A DNA stretch of 64,000 nucleotides, taken from the NCBI GenBank assembly GCA_965649295.1, contig CBFGKH010000006.1, positions 1 through 64,000 on the forward strand. Reading direction: 5' to 3'. A model generated the notes under the pieces. It had not been told where the DNA came from, ran no database searches, and saw nothing but the letters and a program-made list of their open reading frames with translations. The position numbers and the translations under genes are program-made. Below, piece after piece: positions 10,793 through 19,664 of the stretch. The stretch's first letter is position 1. Every line of letters begins with the position of its first letter. This stretch comes from a candidate division WOR-3 bacterium (GTDB taxonomy: Bacteria; Hydrothermota; Tepidihabitantia; Tepidihabitantales; Tepidihabitantaceae).

Positions 10793-11477
10793 ACCGGACG
10801 TGGTGCTCGCTGCCCAGGACATCTGGCGCGAGTTTGTCGTTGGCCCGGAGCGGCTCGTCGTATTACGCGGAATTGATCTCAACGTCAGCCGCGGCGAGCT
10901 GGTCGCCATCCTCGGCCCGTCCGGCACCGGCAAATCCACCCTGCTCCACATCCTCGGCGGCCTCGACCGGCCCAACCGCGGCCGGGTGCTACTTGATTCC
11001 CTTGACATCTTCAGCTATGCTGAAAACCAGCGGCACACAATTCGTAACCGCAAGATCGGATTTGTGTTTCAGTTTCACCACCTGCTCGCCGAGTTCACCG
11101 TCCTCGAAAACGTCGCCATGCCGCTCTTTATCGGCGGCGTCGAGCGCCGACAGGCCCTAGAACGGGCCCGCGCCGCTCTCAGCACCGTTGACTTCACGAC
11201 TCGCCTTGGCCATCGGCCGGCCGAACTCTCCGGTGGCGAGCGGGCCCGAGCCGCCGTTGCTCGGGCGCTGGTCAACTCGCCAGCACTCATTCTCGCCGAC
11301 GAACCGACCGGCAACCTCGACGCTTACTCTGCGGCCGCCCTCACCGACCTCTTTGTCCGCCTGAGCAACGAACAGAAACTGACCATCCTCGTCGTCACCC
11401 ACAACCAGGCAGTCGCCGACCGGGCCGGGCGCCGGCTCCGCCTCCACGATGGCAGGCTCTACGAAGAAAGAGTGTAG
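10785..11477 (+). CDS. lolD: Lipoprotein-releasing ABC ATPase LolD
   Basis: GPSGTGKST, GFVFQFHHLL, LSGGE, ADEPTGNLD, VTHN; GGAGG RBS before ATG 10785. Confidence 0.92.
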   Translation: MSEPDVVLAAQDIWREFVVGPERLVVLRGIDLNVSRGELVAILGPSGTGKSTLLHILGGLDRPNRGRVLLDSLDIFSYAENQRHTIRNRKIGFVFQFHHLLAEFTVLENVAMPLFIGGVERRQALERARAALSTVDFTTRLGHRPAELSGGERARAAVARALVNSPALILADEPTGNLDAYSAAALTDLFVRLSNEQKLTILVVTHNQAVADRAGRRLRLHDGRLYEERV

Positions 11478-11964
11478 CCTCTGCGGCCGGGCCGAGTCGC
11501 TCATCGAGGTCAGCCGCATCGGCACTGATGGCAAAACGGCGACAATCCTCGTCTGCACCGACTGCGCCCGCCAGCACGGCCTGCTACCAGCCAACGCCGA
11601 ACCGACCAGCCCCGAAAAAGTCATCGCCAAGCTCGGCGAAGAGATTGCCCCGACCGACGCCGAACTCGTCTGCCCGGGCTGCCAGCAGAGCTACGCCGAC
11701 TTCAAACGCAAGGGCCGGGCCGGCTGCGCCCAATGCTACACCACCTTTGGCGACCGGCTGAAACCGCTCGTCCGCCGGATTCACGGCGCTGTCCAACACA
11801 TCGGCCGCACCCCCAGCCCTGGCCCCAAGCCGGCTCAAGACCAGGCCCAGATCGAACGGCTGCGCCGCGAGCTAGCGGCCGCAATCGAACAAGAGGACTA
11901 CGAGCGAGCCGCCGGCATCCGCGACCGGCTCGCCCGGTGCGGCAATGAACCGACCAATACCTAA
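11449..11964 (+). CDS. mcsA: McsA (UvrB/UvrC motif protein)
   Basis: Four CxxC motifs and a C-terminal UVR motif (EDYERAAGIRD); directly upstream of mcsB. Confidence 0.88.
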   Translation: MAGSTKKECSLCGRAESLIEVSRIGTDGKTATILVCTDCARQHGLLPANAEPTSPEKVIAKLGEEIAPTDAELVCPGCQQSYADFKRKGRAGCAQCYTTFGDRLKPLVRRIHGAVQHIGRTPSPGPKPAQDQAQIERLRRELAAAIEQEDYERAAGIRDRLARCGNEPTNT

Positions 11965-12988
11965 CGTCGGCGCCTGGCTCGGTAGCGACGGCCCGGAATC
12001 AGACGTCGTCGTCGCCAGCCGGGTCCGCCTCGCCCGCAACCTCGCCAATGTACCCTTCCTCACCCGGGCCAGCACCGCTGACCAAGACCTCGTCATCCGC
12101 GCTACCGAACTCGCCCTCGCCGACGCCGGCCTGCTCGAACACGGCCGCTTCTACGAACCCGAACTCCTCACCCCCGAACAAGGCCAATACCTCCTCGAAC
12201 GCCACCTCGTCTCCCCCGACTTTGCCCGCTCGCACGCCCGCCGCGGCCTCTACCTCACAAGCGACGAGACCAAAAGCCTGATGGTCAACGAAGAAGACCA
12301 CCTCCGCTTGCAGGTTTTGGGGTCCGGCCTTGCCCTCACTCCCTGCCTTGACCAGGCCACCGACTTCGACCGCCAGCTCGAAGCCCGCCTCCATATCGCC
12401 AGCTCCCCCGAGTTCGGCTACCTCACCGCCTGCCCCACCAACCTCGGCACCGGCCTGCGTGCCTCGGTCCTCATCCACCTGCCGGCCCTCGTCCTCACCC
12501 GCGAAATCGAGAAAGTCCTGCGCGGCGCCATCGCCATCGGCCTCAACGTCCGCGGCATCTACGGCGAAGGCACCGACACCCGCGGCAACTTCTTCCAAAT
12601 CTCCAACGCCCGCACCCTCGGCCAGACCGAACCCGAAATAGTCGAAATCGTCGCCACCGCTGCCCGCCAGCTCATTGACTACGAACGCAAAGCCCGTGCC
12701 TGGCTCATGCGCAACCTCCGCCTCGAAACCGAAGACAAGGTCTTTCGCTCCCTCGGTCTGCTCCGCAGCGCCCGCCTCCTCACCTCCGACGAAGCCATCA
12801 ACCTCCTTGCCACGGTGCGGCTCGGCATCTGCCTCGGCATCATCAACGAACTCGACCTCGGCCTCGTCACCCGGCTCCTCGTTCTCGTCCGGCCCGCCAA
12901 CCTCCAGCAACACCTTGGCCAGACCCTCGACAGCAATGGCCGCGACGAACGCCGGGCAACATTCCTCCGCGAACTACTCGTCAGCTAA
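11945..12988 (+). CDS. mcsB: Protein arginine kinase McsB
   Basis: SRVRLARN, MVNEEDHLR, GYLTACPTNLGTGLRAS, FQISN. Confidence 0.95.
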   Translation: MNRPIPNVGAWLGSDGPESDVVVASRVRLARNLANVPFLTRASTADQDLVIRATELALADAGLLEHGRFYEPELLTPEQGQYLLERHLVSPDFARSHARRGLYLTSDETKSLMVNEEDHLRLQVLGSGLALTPCLDQATDFDRQLEARLHIASSPEFGYLTACPTNLGTGLRASVLIHLPALVLTREIEKVLRGAIAIGLNVRGIYGEGTDTRGNFFQISNARTLGQTEPEIVEIVATAARQLIDYERKARAWLMRNLRLETEDKVFRSLGLLRSARLLTSDEAINLLATVRLGICLGIINELDLGLVTRLLVLVRPANLQQHLGQTLDSNGRDERRATFLRELLVS

Positions 12989-13006
12989 CCAAAGGAGGAA
13001 AGCAAG

Positions 13007-14392
13007 ATGAGCCAGAAAGACTCTGCCAAATTGCGCGAGCTGCCCGCAGTTGACCGGCTGCTCGGCGACGAGCGCCTCGCCGACATCCTCGGCCGGCTCC
13101 CCCGCCGTCTCGCCGTCCGCCTCATCCGGCAGCATCTCGACGAACTCCGCCAGAGACTCGCCGCCGGCCAAGCCGAGGGCTTCGACATCGAGAAACTCCG
13201 AAAGGAACTGGCCCGCGAACTACGTCCCAGCCTCACCCGCGCCATCAACGGCCTTGGCATCATCCTCCACACCGGCCTTGGCCGCTCGCCACTTTCCCGC
13301 GCTGCCCGCGAAGCCCTGCTCGACGCGAGCGAACACTTCTGCACCCTCGAAATTGACCTGGCCACCGGTCGCCGTGGCTCCCGCTACCGCCACATCGAAC
13401 CTCTGCTCTGCGAACTCACCGGCGCCGAAGCCGCCATGATTGTCAACAACAACTGCGCCGCCACCCTTCTCATCCTCGCCGGCCTTGCCAGCGGCCGCGA
13501 AGTAATCGTCTCCCGCGGCCAGCTCATCGAAATCGGCGGCTCATTCCGCATCCCCGACGTCATGCGCCAGAGCGGCTGCCGGATGGTCGAAGTCGGCACC
13601 ACTAACCGCACCCACCTCCGCGACTACGAAAACGCCATCACCCCAGAAACCGCCCTCCTCCTCCGCGTCCACACCTCCAACTACCGCATCACCGGCTTCA
13701 CCAAAGAAGTGAGTCTCGCTGAACTCGTCGAACTCGGCCGCAAGCGGGGCATTCCGGTCGCCGACGACCTCGGGTCCGGTGCCCTGATTGACCTCTCCAA
13801 ATACGGCCTACCCAAAGAACCTCTGGTCCAAGAATCAATCGCCACCGGCGCCGACATCGTCACCTTCTCCGGCGACAAACTCATCGGCGCAACCCAAGCC
13901 GGCATCATCGTCGGCCGCCGCTGCTACATTGATCGACTAAAGAAACACCCCCTTACCCGGGCACTGCGCTGTGGCAAACTCACCTACGCCGTGCTCGAAC
14001 GCACCCTCCTCCTCTTCCTCGACGAAGAAAAGGCAGTCCGCGAACACGCCCTGTACCAGCTCCTCCTCAAACCGATACCCCAAATCCAACGCGAAGCCCG
14101 CCAGCTCCTGCGGCGCGTCCAACCGCACCTTACCGGCAAAGCCGAAATCGCCATCCAGCCTGCCAAAGCCGAAATCGGCGGCGGCTCACTCGCAACCGAA
14201 AGCCTCGAAACCCGAGTAGTCGCAATCCGGCCCAAAGACCAGAGTGCCGACGAACTCGCCCGCCGAATGCGAACAAACCGACCGCCGGTCTTTGGTCGAA
14301 TCGAACACGACCAATACCTGCTCGACTTTCGCACCATCCGCCGCGACGAGATACCCATCATCGCCCAAGCCCTGCTCAAAGCACTGACCTGA
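13007..14392 (+). CDS. selA: L-seryl-tRNA(Sec) selenium transferase
   Basis: VNNNCAA, SRGQLIEIGGSFRIPDVM, EVGTTNRTH, DDLGSG, FSGDKL. Confidence 0.96.
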   Translation: MSQKDSAKLRELPAVDRLLGDERLADILGRLPRRLAVRLIRQHLDELRQRLAAGQAEGFDIEKLRKELARELRPSLTRAINGLGIILHTGLGRSPLSRAAREALLDASEHFCTLEIDLATGRRGSRYRHIEPLLCELTGAEAAMIVNNNCAATLLILAGLASGREVIVSRGQLIEIGGSFRIPDVMRQSGCRMVEVGTTNRTHLRDYENAITPETALLLRVHTSNYRITGFTKEVSLAELVELGRKRGIPVADDLGSGALIDLSKYGLPKEPLVQESIATGADIVTFSGDKLIGATQAGIIVGRRCYIDRLKKHPLTRALRCGKLTYAVLERTLLLFLDEEKAVREHALYQLLLKPIPQIQREARQLLRRVQPHLTGKAEIAIQPAKAEIGGGSLATESLETRVVAIRPKDQSADELARRMRTNRPPVFGRIEHDQYLLDFRTIRRDEIPIIAQALLKALT

Positions 14393-14415
14393 CACCAGCC
14401 TGCCCAATAGGTTTC

Positions 14416-14481
14416 CTTCGACTCTGCTCGGAGCAGGCTTCGTATCCTTGGTGATTACTCCAGCTCCGCTCGGGGCAGGCT
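14416..14481 (+). repeat. Two tandem REP-like units (third copy at 21001-21024)
   Basis: cttcgactctgctcggagcaggct and ctccagctccgctcggggcaggct; third copy ctccgacttcgctcggggcaagat. Confidence 0.6.
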
Positions 14482-14509
14482 CGGTGATTGAGTCCGGTCC
14501 GGCAACAGC

Positions 14510-14791
14510 GGCCCCAGCCCAAACCAGAAGCCATAACCTAAGCCTGACCCAGACCCGACCGGCAACACCCCGAGCCAGACCCTTGTAAGCAACGGCTGAC
14601 AGAGCGCCGAAGACTCAGTCGGCAGCTCGCCGGCAAACCTCCTGACTAGCAGCGACACAGACCTACTCCGAAAGAAACTCCCCAGTAGCGGAGAAAACGC
14701 TCTCAGAAACTTCTCCACAAACTGGCCAACAAACAACTGGGGAGACCATTCCCGGGACAGTAGAGGGGAGGGGTGGCTAACTCGTATTATC
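14510..14791 (+). repeat. Degenerate 12-nt-period array, copy B
   Basis: Units such as gcgccgaagact cagtcggcagct cgccggcaaacc tcctgactagca gcgacacagacc tactccgaaaga ... actggggagacc attcccgggaca, then a G-rich tract and TATC. Confidence 0.65.
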
Positions 14792-14930
14792 CGACCAGAT
14801 AGCCGCTAGTTAGGACAATTACGACTGTGACCGACGCTACTGGTTGTCAGCAGACGTTATTGTTTCGAACAACAGCTTTCTTGCTAATCGGCAATCCCTT
14901 GGGCTTAATGACCGGACAGTCTAGAGAGGT

Positions 14931-16149
14931 TCAGCGCGGCAGCAACTCTCGAACGAGACCTTCGATGTTGTTGACAGTAAGTGACACCTTCCAGTTCTGC
15001 GTGGAGAAATCGTAGATGGCGTGATCATCCGACAAGTCCAGCCTAACATGGTCACGATACCCAATCCCGATACCCCAGCAGATTCCAATTGCCTTGAGTT
15101 TACCCAGATTTCTCCGTATCAGGACTTCATCGAGGCCATAGTGAACCTGCTCATATCCGGGACGTTCAAACACAATGCCACCGCGCTGACCCTCGATGTC
15201 CTCGACGTAGCCCAGACGAACGTGAATGCATCTGGCTAGCATCGCTTCCACTGCGACGCTCCGTCAAAGGCTACGCCACTCTTCCTGCAGCATTCGGCCG
15301 ACGGTCTTTGACCGATCGGGATTGTGGAACATGCCGACAAGGACCTTATCTGCCTCGGCACTGAATCGAACACGAAGCAGGCGGCCATCGTACGGAGTTA
15401 CTGCCGCTCCCAGCCGCAACATCCACGGCAACGGATCGCTCTCGCCGTTGTCGGTGGAGCCGATGTTGGGGCCGATATTAGCTAGGGTCGTACCAGGACT
15501 CAGGAAGTCAATGGGCCGATACATCGCGCCGAGATCGAGAGCGCCGGTCGCCCCAGTGCCGCCCGACGAGATGCCCCAGTTCCGGCATTTCTGTCCAAAC
15601 CCAATCAAACACCAAGTAGCTGTAGATGAGTTTGAGGCTCGCACCGATGCCCAGCTGCTTTGAGAACTTCATCGCCGCGTGCACGCCGAACGCGCCGTCC
15701 CACGTCGTGTAGCGACCAAGGAACTCGTTTCGTTCGTTGATAACGTCCGTCTCGCCGGTTGAGAGGTAGAGCAGGTCCGCTCCAACATTGACGGGACGAC
15801 CTGCGACAGACGGCAGAAGCCGATCCGTTCCGCCAGAAGCGCAAACAAGCATCATGCCTGGATAGAGCCGAGGCAACCAACCGTTCGTACCGTGCCATCT
15901 CCACGGCCATGGGCTAACAACTGACTTTGTGAGTACGCCGCCGGAACCTGTCTGAAAGGCGAACCCAGCTGAGTTCGAGTAAGCAGCATCGTTGTCATCG
16001 GCCATCGCACACATGGTCCCGCCGAGCGAAGTTGACCGAGCCGTTGGCTAAACTATTAGGAACACCGCGCCAGGGTTCTGGCTCGCGGATAAAGACTGAC
16101 CGTTAAGGGCGAGCAGTAGTAACAGCAATCCGCGGATACACGGATTCAT
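14931..16149 (-). pseudogene. PorV/PorQ-like outer-membrane barrel pseudogene
   Basis: Signal peptide from ATG 16149; GAVFLIV-TAG-PTARS..LGG (TAG at 16048-16050); the sequence continues in three frames (16014-15508, 15644-15264, 15251-14931) with DPLP..LRLG and RLGY motifs. Confidence 0.75.
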
Positions 16150-16156
16150 GTTGCGC

Positions 16157-16594
16157 CTACATGCGGTAGTCGAAATCGACTCGTGTGGTTACCCGTTTCG
16201 ATGAGATTACAGAGAATGTGTTATCGTAGATAACGTAGTATGTGCCGGCTTCGGTAAGTTCCACGTTGAATGCGCCAGTGGTGGTTTGCCCAGACGAATA
16301 GAGCGAAGTCGCGCTATGACCGTTGGACCAGTTAGTAAAGTTCATTGCATCCATGACATAGACCCTGATGTCGTTTCCACTACCACCGCTGGCTGTAAAG
16401 TTACCGCGCAGTCGCGGGGATTCCATCGCATCGCTCACATACACGGAGTAACGCGTGTAGGTACCTGGCGGCACCGTAATCGTCCCGTTGACAACGTTAT
16501 CGGTGTACGGCCTAGAGAAGTCGCAGGACTGTATGAGGAGTGGAACCATTCCGACAAGGAGAAAACGCAATAATGTTCTGTAAATACTCTTCAT
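16157..16594 (-). CDS. Small lipoprotein, GOLD/beta-sandwich-like
   Basis: Lipobox LIQSC, GGSGNDI, GTYYVIYDNTFS; start moved to ATG 16594. Confidence 0.7.
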   Translation of the reverse strand: MKSIYRTLLRFLLVGMVPLLIQSCDFSRPYTDNVVNGTITVPPGTYTRYSVYVSDAMESPRLRGNFTASGGSGNDIRVYVMDAMNFTNWSNGHSATSLYSSGQTTTGAFNVELTEAGTYYVIYDNTFSVISSKRVTTRVDFDYRM

Positions 16595-16628
16595 GTTGGA
16601 TTCGTTCCTTTCAGAAAAACATGCTTCC

Positions 16629-17195
16629 TTACCTGAGAATTCCAATGCGATAGAGCAATTTCCGCGCCAGCTCTTCTTCCGAAGCAAACGTGAACCAGGT
16701 CAGGCAGCACGCTGGGTTGACTTCGTCACGGAATGAGCCCGCGAAAAGAATCTGGCCAGTCTCCTTCTTTATGATCCGAAACGTAGGAGTATCCCCGCGG
16801 CTTCGCACTATGAAGGCATAGTCAGCCCTCGTTTCGGCAATGAGAGCAACCGGATCAACACTGGTCTTGACCTCTCCGCTCTTTCCGGTCTCGCCGGAAA
16901 CGATTGCCAGCCCACCGCCGCTTGTCACACCAACACCGACACCAGTCCCGCTACTGCGGTAGTCGCTACGTTCCTTCAGCATTACCGGTCTCTCAACGAC
17001 GTTGGCGCCGCATCTCAAAAGAACAGTCATCACGTGATCGGCTGCGCGAACATCTGCATCGTTCATCGTCTCGGGAATGACAGTCACCACTGTACCCGGT
17101 GCGGGATCACGTACGACGTATTCATACTTGGTGACACAGCCGGCTACAATGAGGAATAGCACCAGCAGTGCATCATAACGGTTCTTGCTTCTCAT
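16629..17195 (-). CDS. Hypothetical lipoprotein
   Basis: Lipobox VAGC, VVER segment, GGAG RBS. Confidence 0.7.
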   Translation of the reverse strand: MRSKNRYDALLVLFLIVAGCVTKYEYVVRDPAPGTVVTVIPETMNDADVRAADHVMTVLLRCGANVVERPVMLKERSDYRSSGTGVGVGVTSGGGLAIVSGETGKSGEVKTSVDPVALIAETRADYAFIVRSRGDTPTFRIIKKETGQILFAGSFRDEVNPACCLTWFTFASEEELARKLLYRIGILR

Positions 17196-17336
17196 TATGT
17201 CAGTGACTCCATATCAACTGTCTGCTTTCCTTGGCTGCGATGACCATTGCCAAGGTAGCTTGGCGAGTACGTGCTGTCAAGCCTGGTAGCGCCGAACACA
17301 AGCAAGTCGAATCTCGGCTAGTAGTTACGCTGAACC

Positions 17337-17927
17337 TTAGTCCGGGCCGGCAATGGCCGCGACCCAATCGCGGTAGAGGATGCTGTACATCTTCAGGTCA
17401 ACAAACCGGCCTTTGGCCTGAACGTGCTCGCGCAGTACGCCCTCAAAGACCATCCCGGCCTTCTCCAGCACCCGTGCTGATGCCGGATTCTCGACAAAGC
17501 AGCGCGCTTCAATCCGGTTGAGCCCTAGCGCCGTGAAGCCGAACCTAATTACTGCCCGCACCGCCTCGGTCATCAGCCCCTGATTCCAGAACTGGCGGTT
17601 GAGCGCATAACCAAGCTCGGCGCGGCGATGCTGATGAGCAAAATGGCCAAACCCGCAGGTGCCAATCAGCCGGTCATTCTGCCGCTCGGTCAGGCCCCAC
17701 ATCATCGCTTGGCCGCTGGCAGTCTCGGCAATCAGCCGGCCAATTACTGCCGCTGATTCGGCCAGCGACTGGTGGGTGGCAAAAATGACATACTTGGTCA
17801 GTTTCGGGTCGCTCGCATACTCAAACATCGCCCGAGCATCACTCGGCCGCAGCGGCCGCAACCGCAGCCGCTCGGTCACAATCGCCGGCGGTTCGGAACC
17901 GGCATCGGCAAGGTGGTCGTCGAGCAC
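17337..17927 (-). CDS. GNAT N-acetyltransferase, RimJ/RimL type
   Basis: TERLRLR, AELGY.L...FWNQG.MTEA, N.ASARVLEK.G. Confidence 0.92.
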   Translation of the reverse strand: MLDDHLADAGSEPPAIVTERLRLRPLRPSDARAMFEYASDPKLTKYVIFATHQSLAESAAVIGRLIAETASGQAMMWGLTERQNDRLIGTCGFGHFAHQHRRAELGYALNRQFWNQGLMTEAVRAVIRFGFTALGLNRIEARCFVENPASARVLEKAGMVFEGVLREHVQAKGRFVDLKMYSILYRDWVAAIAGPD

Positions 17928-18077
17928 TGCCGCAGTCTAGAGACTGACCCCCAAAGGTCAAGTGGGGGAATAGCCACTGGCCCGGACGGGTATCTATCAG
18001 CGCTGGGGCGGGCGACTTGACACTTGCTCGCCCCGGCACGATACTCTTGCCCACGGCCCGTTACCGAAAGGAGCGCC

Positions 18078-18659
18078 ATGCTTGGTCTTCGTCTGTTGCT
18101 TGTCCTGTTGCTGGTCTTGGCCGGCAGTTGTGTGGTGTCGCCGACAACTATCCAGCAGTTGCAGGAATTGAGTGAGAATTACTCGATTTCGCCGAGTTTC
18201 GATTTGGCTCGCACCTGGCGGGTGGCAGTGCTCCCGCCCACTTCGACGGCGTCGAATCCGGCGCCGGCGTCGCTTTATGACCACATCGGTCTTAGCCTGA
18301 TGAAGGTGCGCAATATCGCGGTGGTGGATCGGTCGCTAGTGGATGCTCTGCTGCGGGAGCAGGCGTTCAGCTATTCTGGGGTTGTTGACCCGGCAACAGC
18401 GGTGCGGCTGGGCCGACTGGCTGGTGCCGAGGCGGTGGCAGTGACGACAATCACCCAGCTCGCCCACGACGATTTCTTTACTGACAGCCCGGACCAGCGC
18501 GATGCCCGGCTCTATCTGAAGCTCATCGCGGTTGAGACGGGCGAGGTGCTCTATTATGCGATTGGCCAGGGTTCGAGCTTCAGTGGTGCTGATGAGGCAA
18601 CTGCGGGTGCGTTTGAGGTTGCGATTGCGCCGTTGCGCAGAAAGGCAGGTAATCAATGA
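18078..18659 (+). CDS. CsgG/HfaB-like lipoprotein
   Basis: Lipobox LAGSC, VVDRS.VD.LLREQ..S.SG.VD..TA.RLG, VETGEV; AAGGAG RBS. Confidence 0.75.
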   Translation: MLGLRLLLVLLLVLAGSCVVSPTTIQQLQELSENYSISPSFDLARTWRVAVLPPTSTASNPAPASLYDHIGLSLMKVRNIAVVDRSLVDALLREQAFSYSGVVDPATAVRLGRLAGAEAVAVTTITQLAHDDFFTDSPDQRDARLYLKLIAVETGEVLYYAIGQGSSFSGADEATAGAFEVAIAPLRRKAGNQ

Positions 18660-19657
18660 TCCGGGGTTCTCGTCGCCAACTGGGTGGCGTTCTCGGTTGT
18701 GGTCTGGTCTTGCTCGGTGCTGCTCTGCTCTTGGCTACGGGTTGTGTTTCGTCGAGCACGGTGCGGCCGGCTGCGGCTGACTTGGGGTCAACGCCGCCGC
18801 CCACTACTGATAATAGGGACGATTTCTCCTTGCCGGAGCCGTTGCTCTTGCCGCGGGTTGAGAAGCCGGTTACCGAGCTGCTGCCGGGCGGCGCTATTGA
18901 TTGGACCGCACAGGTGGTTCGGGCGCGGGGGACCGGTGTACTCGACCCGGGCAATCCCAACCGGGCCCAGGCCCGGCTGATGGCCGAACGGGCCGCCGTC
19001 GTTGTCGCCCAGCGCAATCTGCTGGAGATGGTCAAGGGTGTACGGGTTGATTCTGACACCAAGGTCGAGAACTTTATGACCAAGTACGATGTCGTCTATT
19101 CTCATGTTGACGGCATCGTCAAGGGTGCGCGGCCGGTCGGGCCGGCAGTTTATGATTCGGCTGCCGGCACGGTCGAGGTCGAGCTGGAGCTGCCGCTTTA
19201 TGGTGCTGGCGGAGTTGAGGCAGCGGTAGCGCCGGTGCTGCCATCACCCAGTGCCCAGCCTGATGTGGCAACAGCGAGCATCTCGCCCCAGGTGCGGGAG
19301 TTTCTGCGCCAGTATGGCGGCCTGGTTTTTGATGCCGGCAATTCTGGCCTCAAACCGGCGCTCTTTCCGAAGATTTATGACGACCGTGGCAATCTCCTGC
19401 TCGATACCCGCGAGTATCTGCTCCATTCTGGTCAGGCCGGTGCCTATACGGTCAGGTTTGTCAGTGCGCTCGAGGGAATACTGGCGCGGCCGGAGTTCGC
19501 CCGCCAGCCGCTGGTCCTGCGGGTAAAGCAGGTGACTGGCCGGCTCGGTTCGGATATCGTTCTGAGCGGCGCTGATGCGGACAAGCTCAAGTGGCTGAAG
19601 GACGGCGCTCGGTTTCTCTTCAATGCCGGCCGGTTCCTGGTCCGGCTGATGCTCTAG
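18656..19657 (+). CDS. LPP20-like lipoprotein
   Basis: Lipobox LATGC, IDW....VRARG.G, A.RAA.V.AQRNLLE.V.GV.VDSDT.V. Confidence 0.7.
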   Translation: MIRGSRRQLGGVLGCGLVLLGAALLLATGCVSSSTVRPAAADLGSTPPPTTDNRDDFSLPEPLLLPRVEKPVTELLPGGAIDWTAQVVRARGTGVLDPGNPNRAQARLMAERAAVVVAQRNLLEMVKGVRVDSDTKVENFMTKYDVVYSHVDGIVKGARPVGPAVYDSAAGTVEVELELPLYGAGGVEAAVAPVLPSPSAQPDVATASISPQVREFLRQYGGLVFDAGNSGLKPALFPKIYDDRGNLLLDTREYLLHSGQAGAYTVRFVSALEGILARPEFARQPLVLRVKQVTGRLGSDIVLSGADADKLKWLKDGARFLFNAGRFLVRLML

Positions 19658-19664
19658 CACGACC

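Noticed and set aside
8570..12913. Long antisense ORFs (8570-9820, 11999-12913; also 34799-36124 and 43968-45464)
   Set aside because: Shadows of GC-rich real genes on the opposite strand, with no motifs
14510..14791. CRISPR array
   Set aside because: No identical 23-47 nt repeats with unique spacers and no cas genes
16048..16050. Pyrrolysine or readthrough at the TAG in the PorV-like gene
   Set aside because: The gene also has two frameshifts, and the position fits a TGG to TAG mutation
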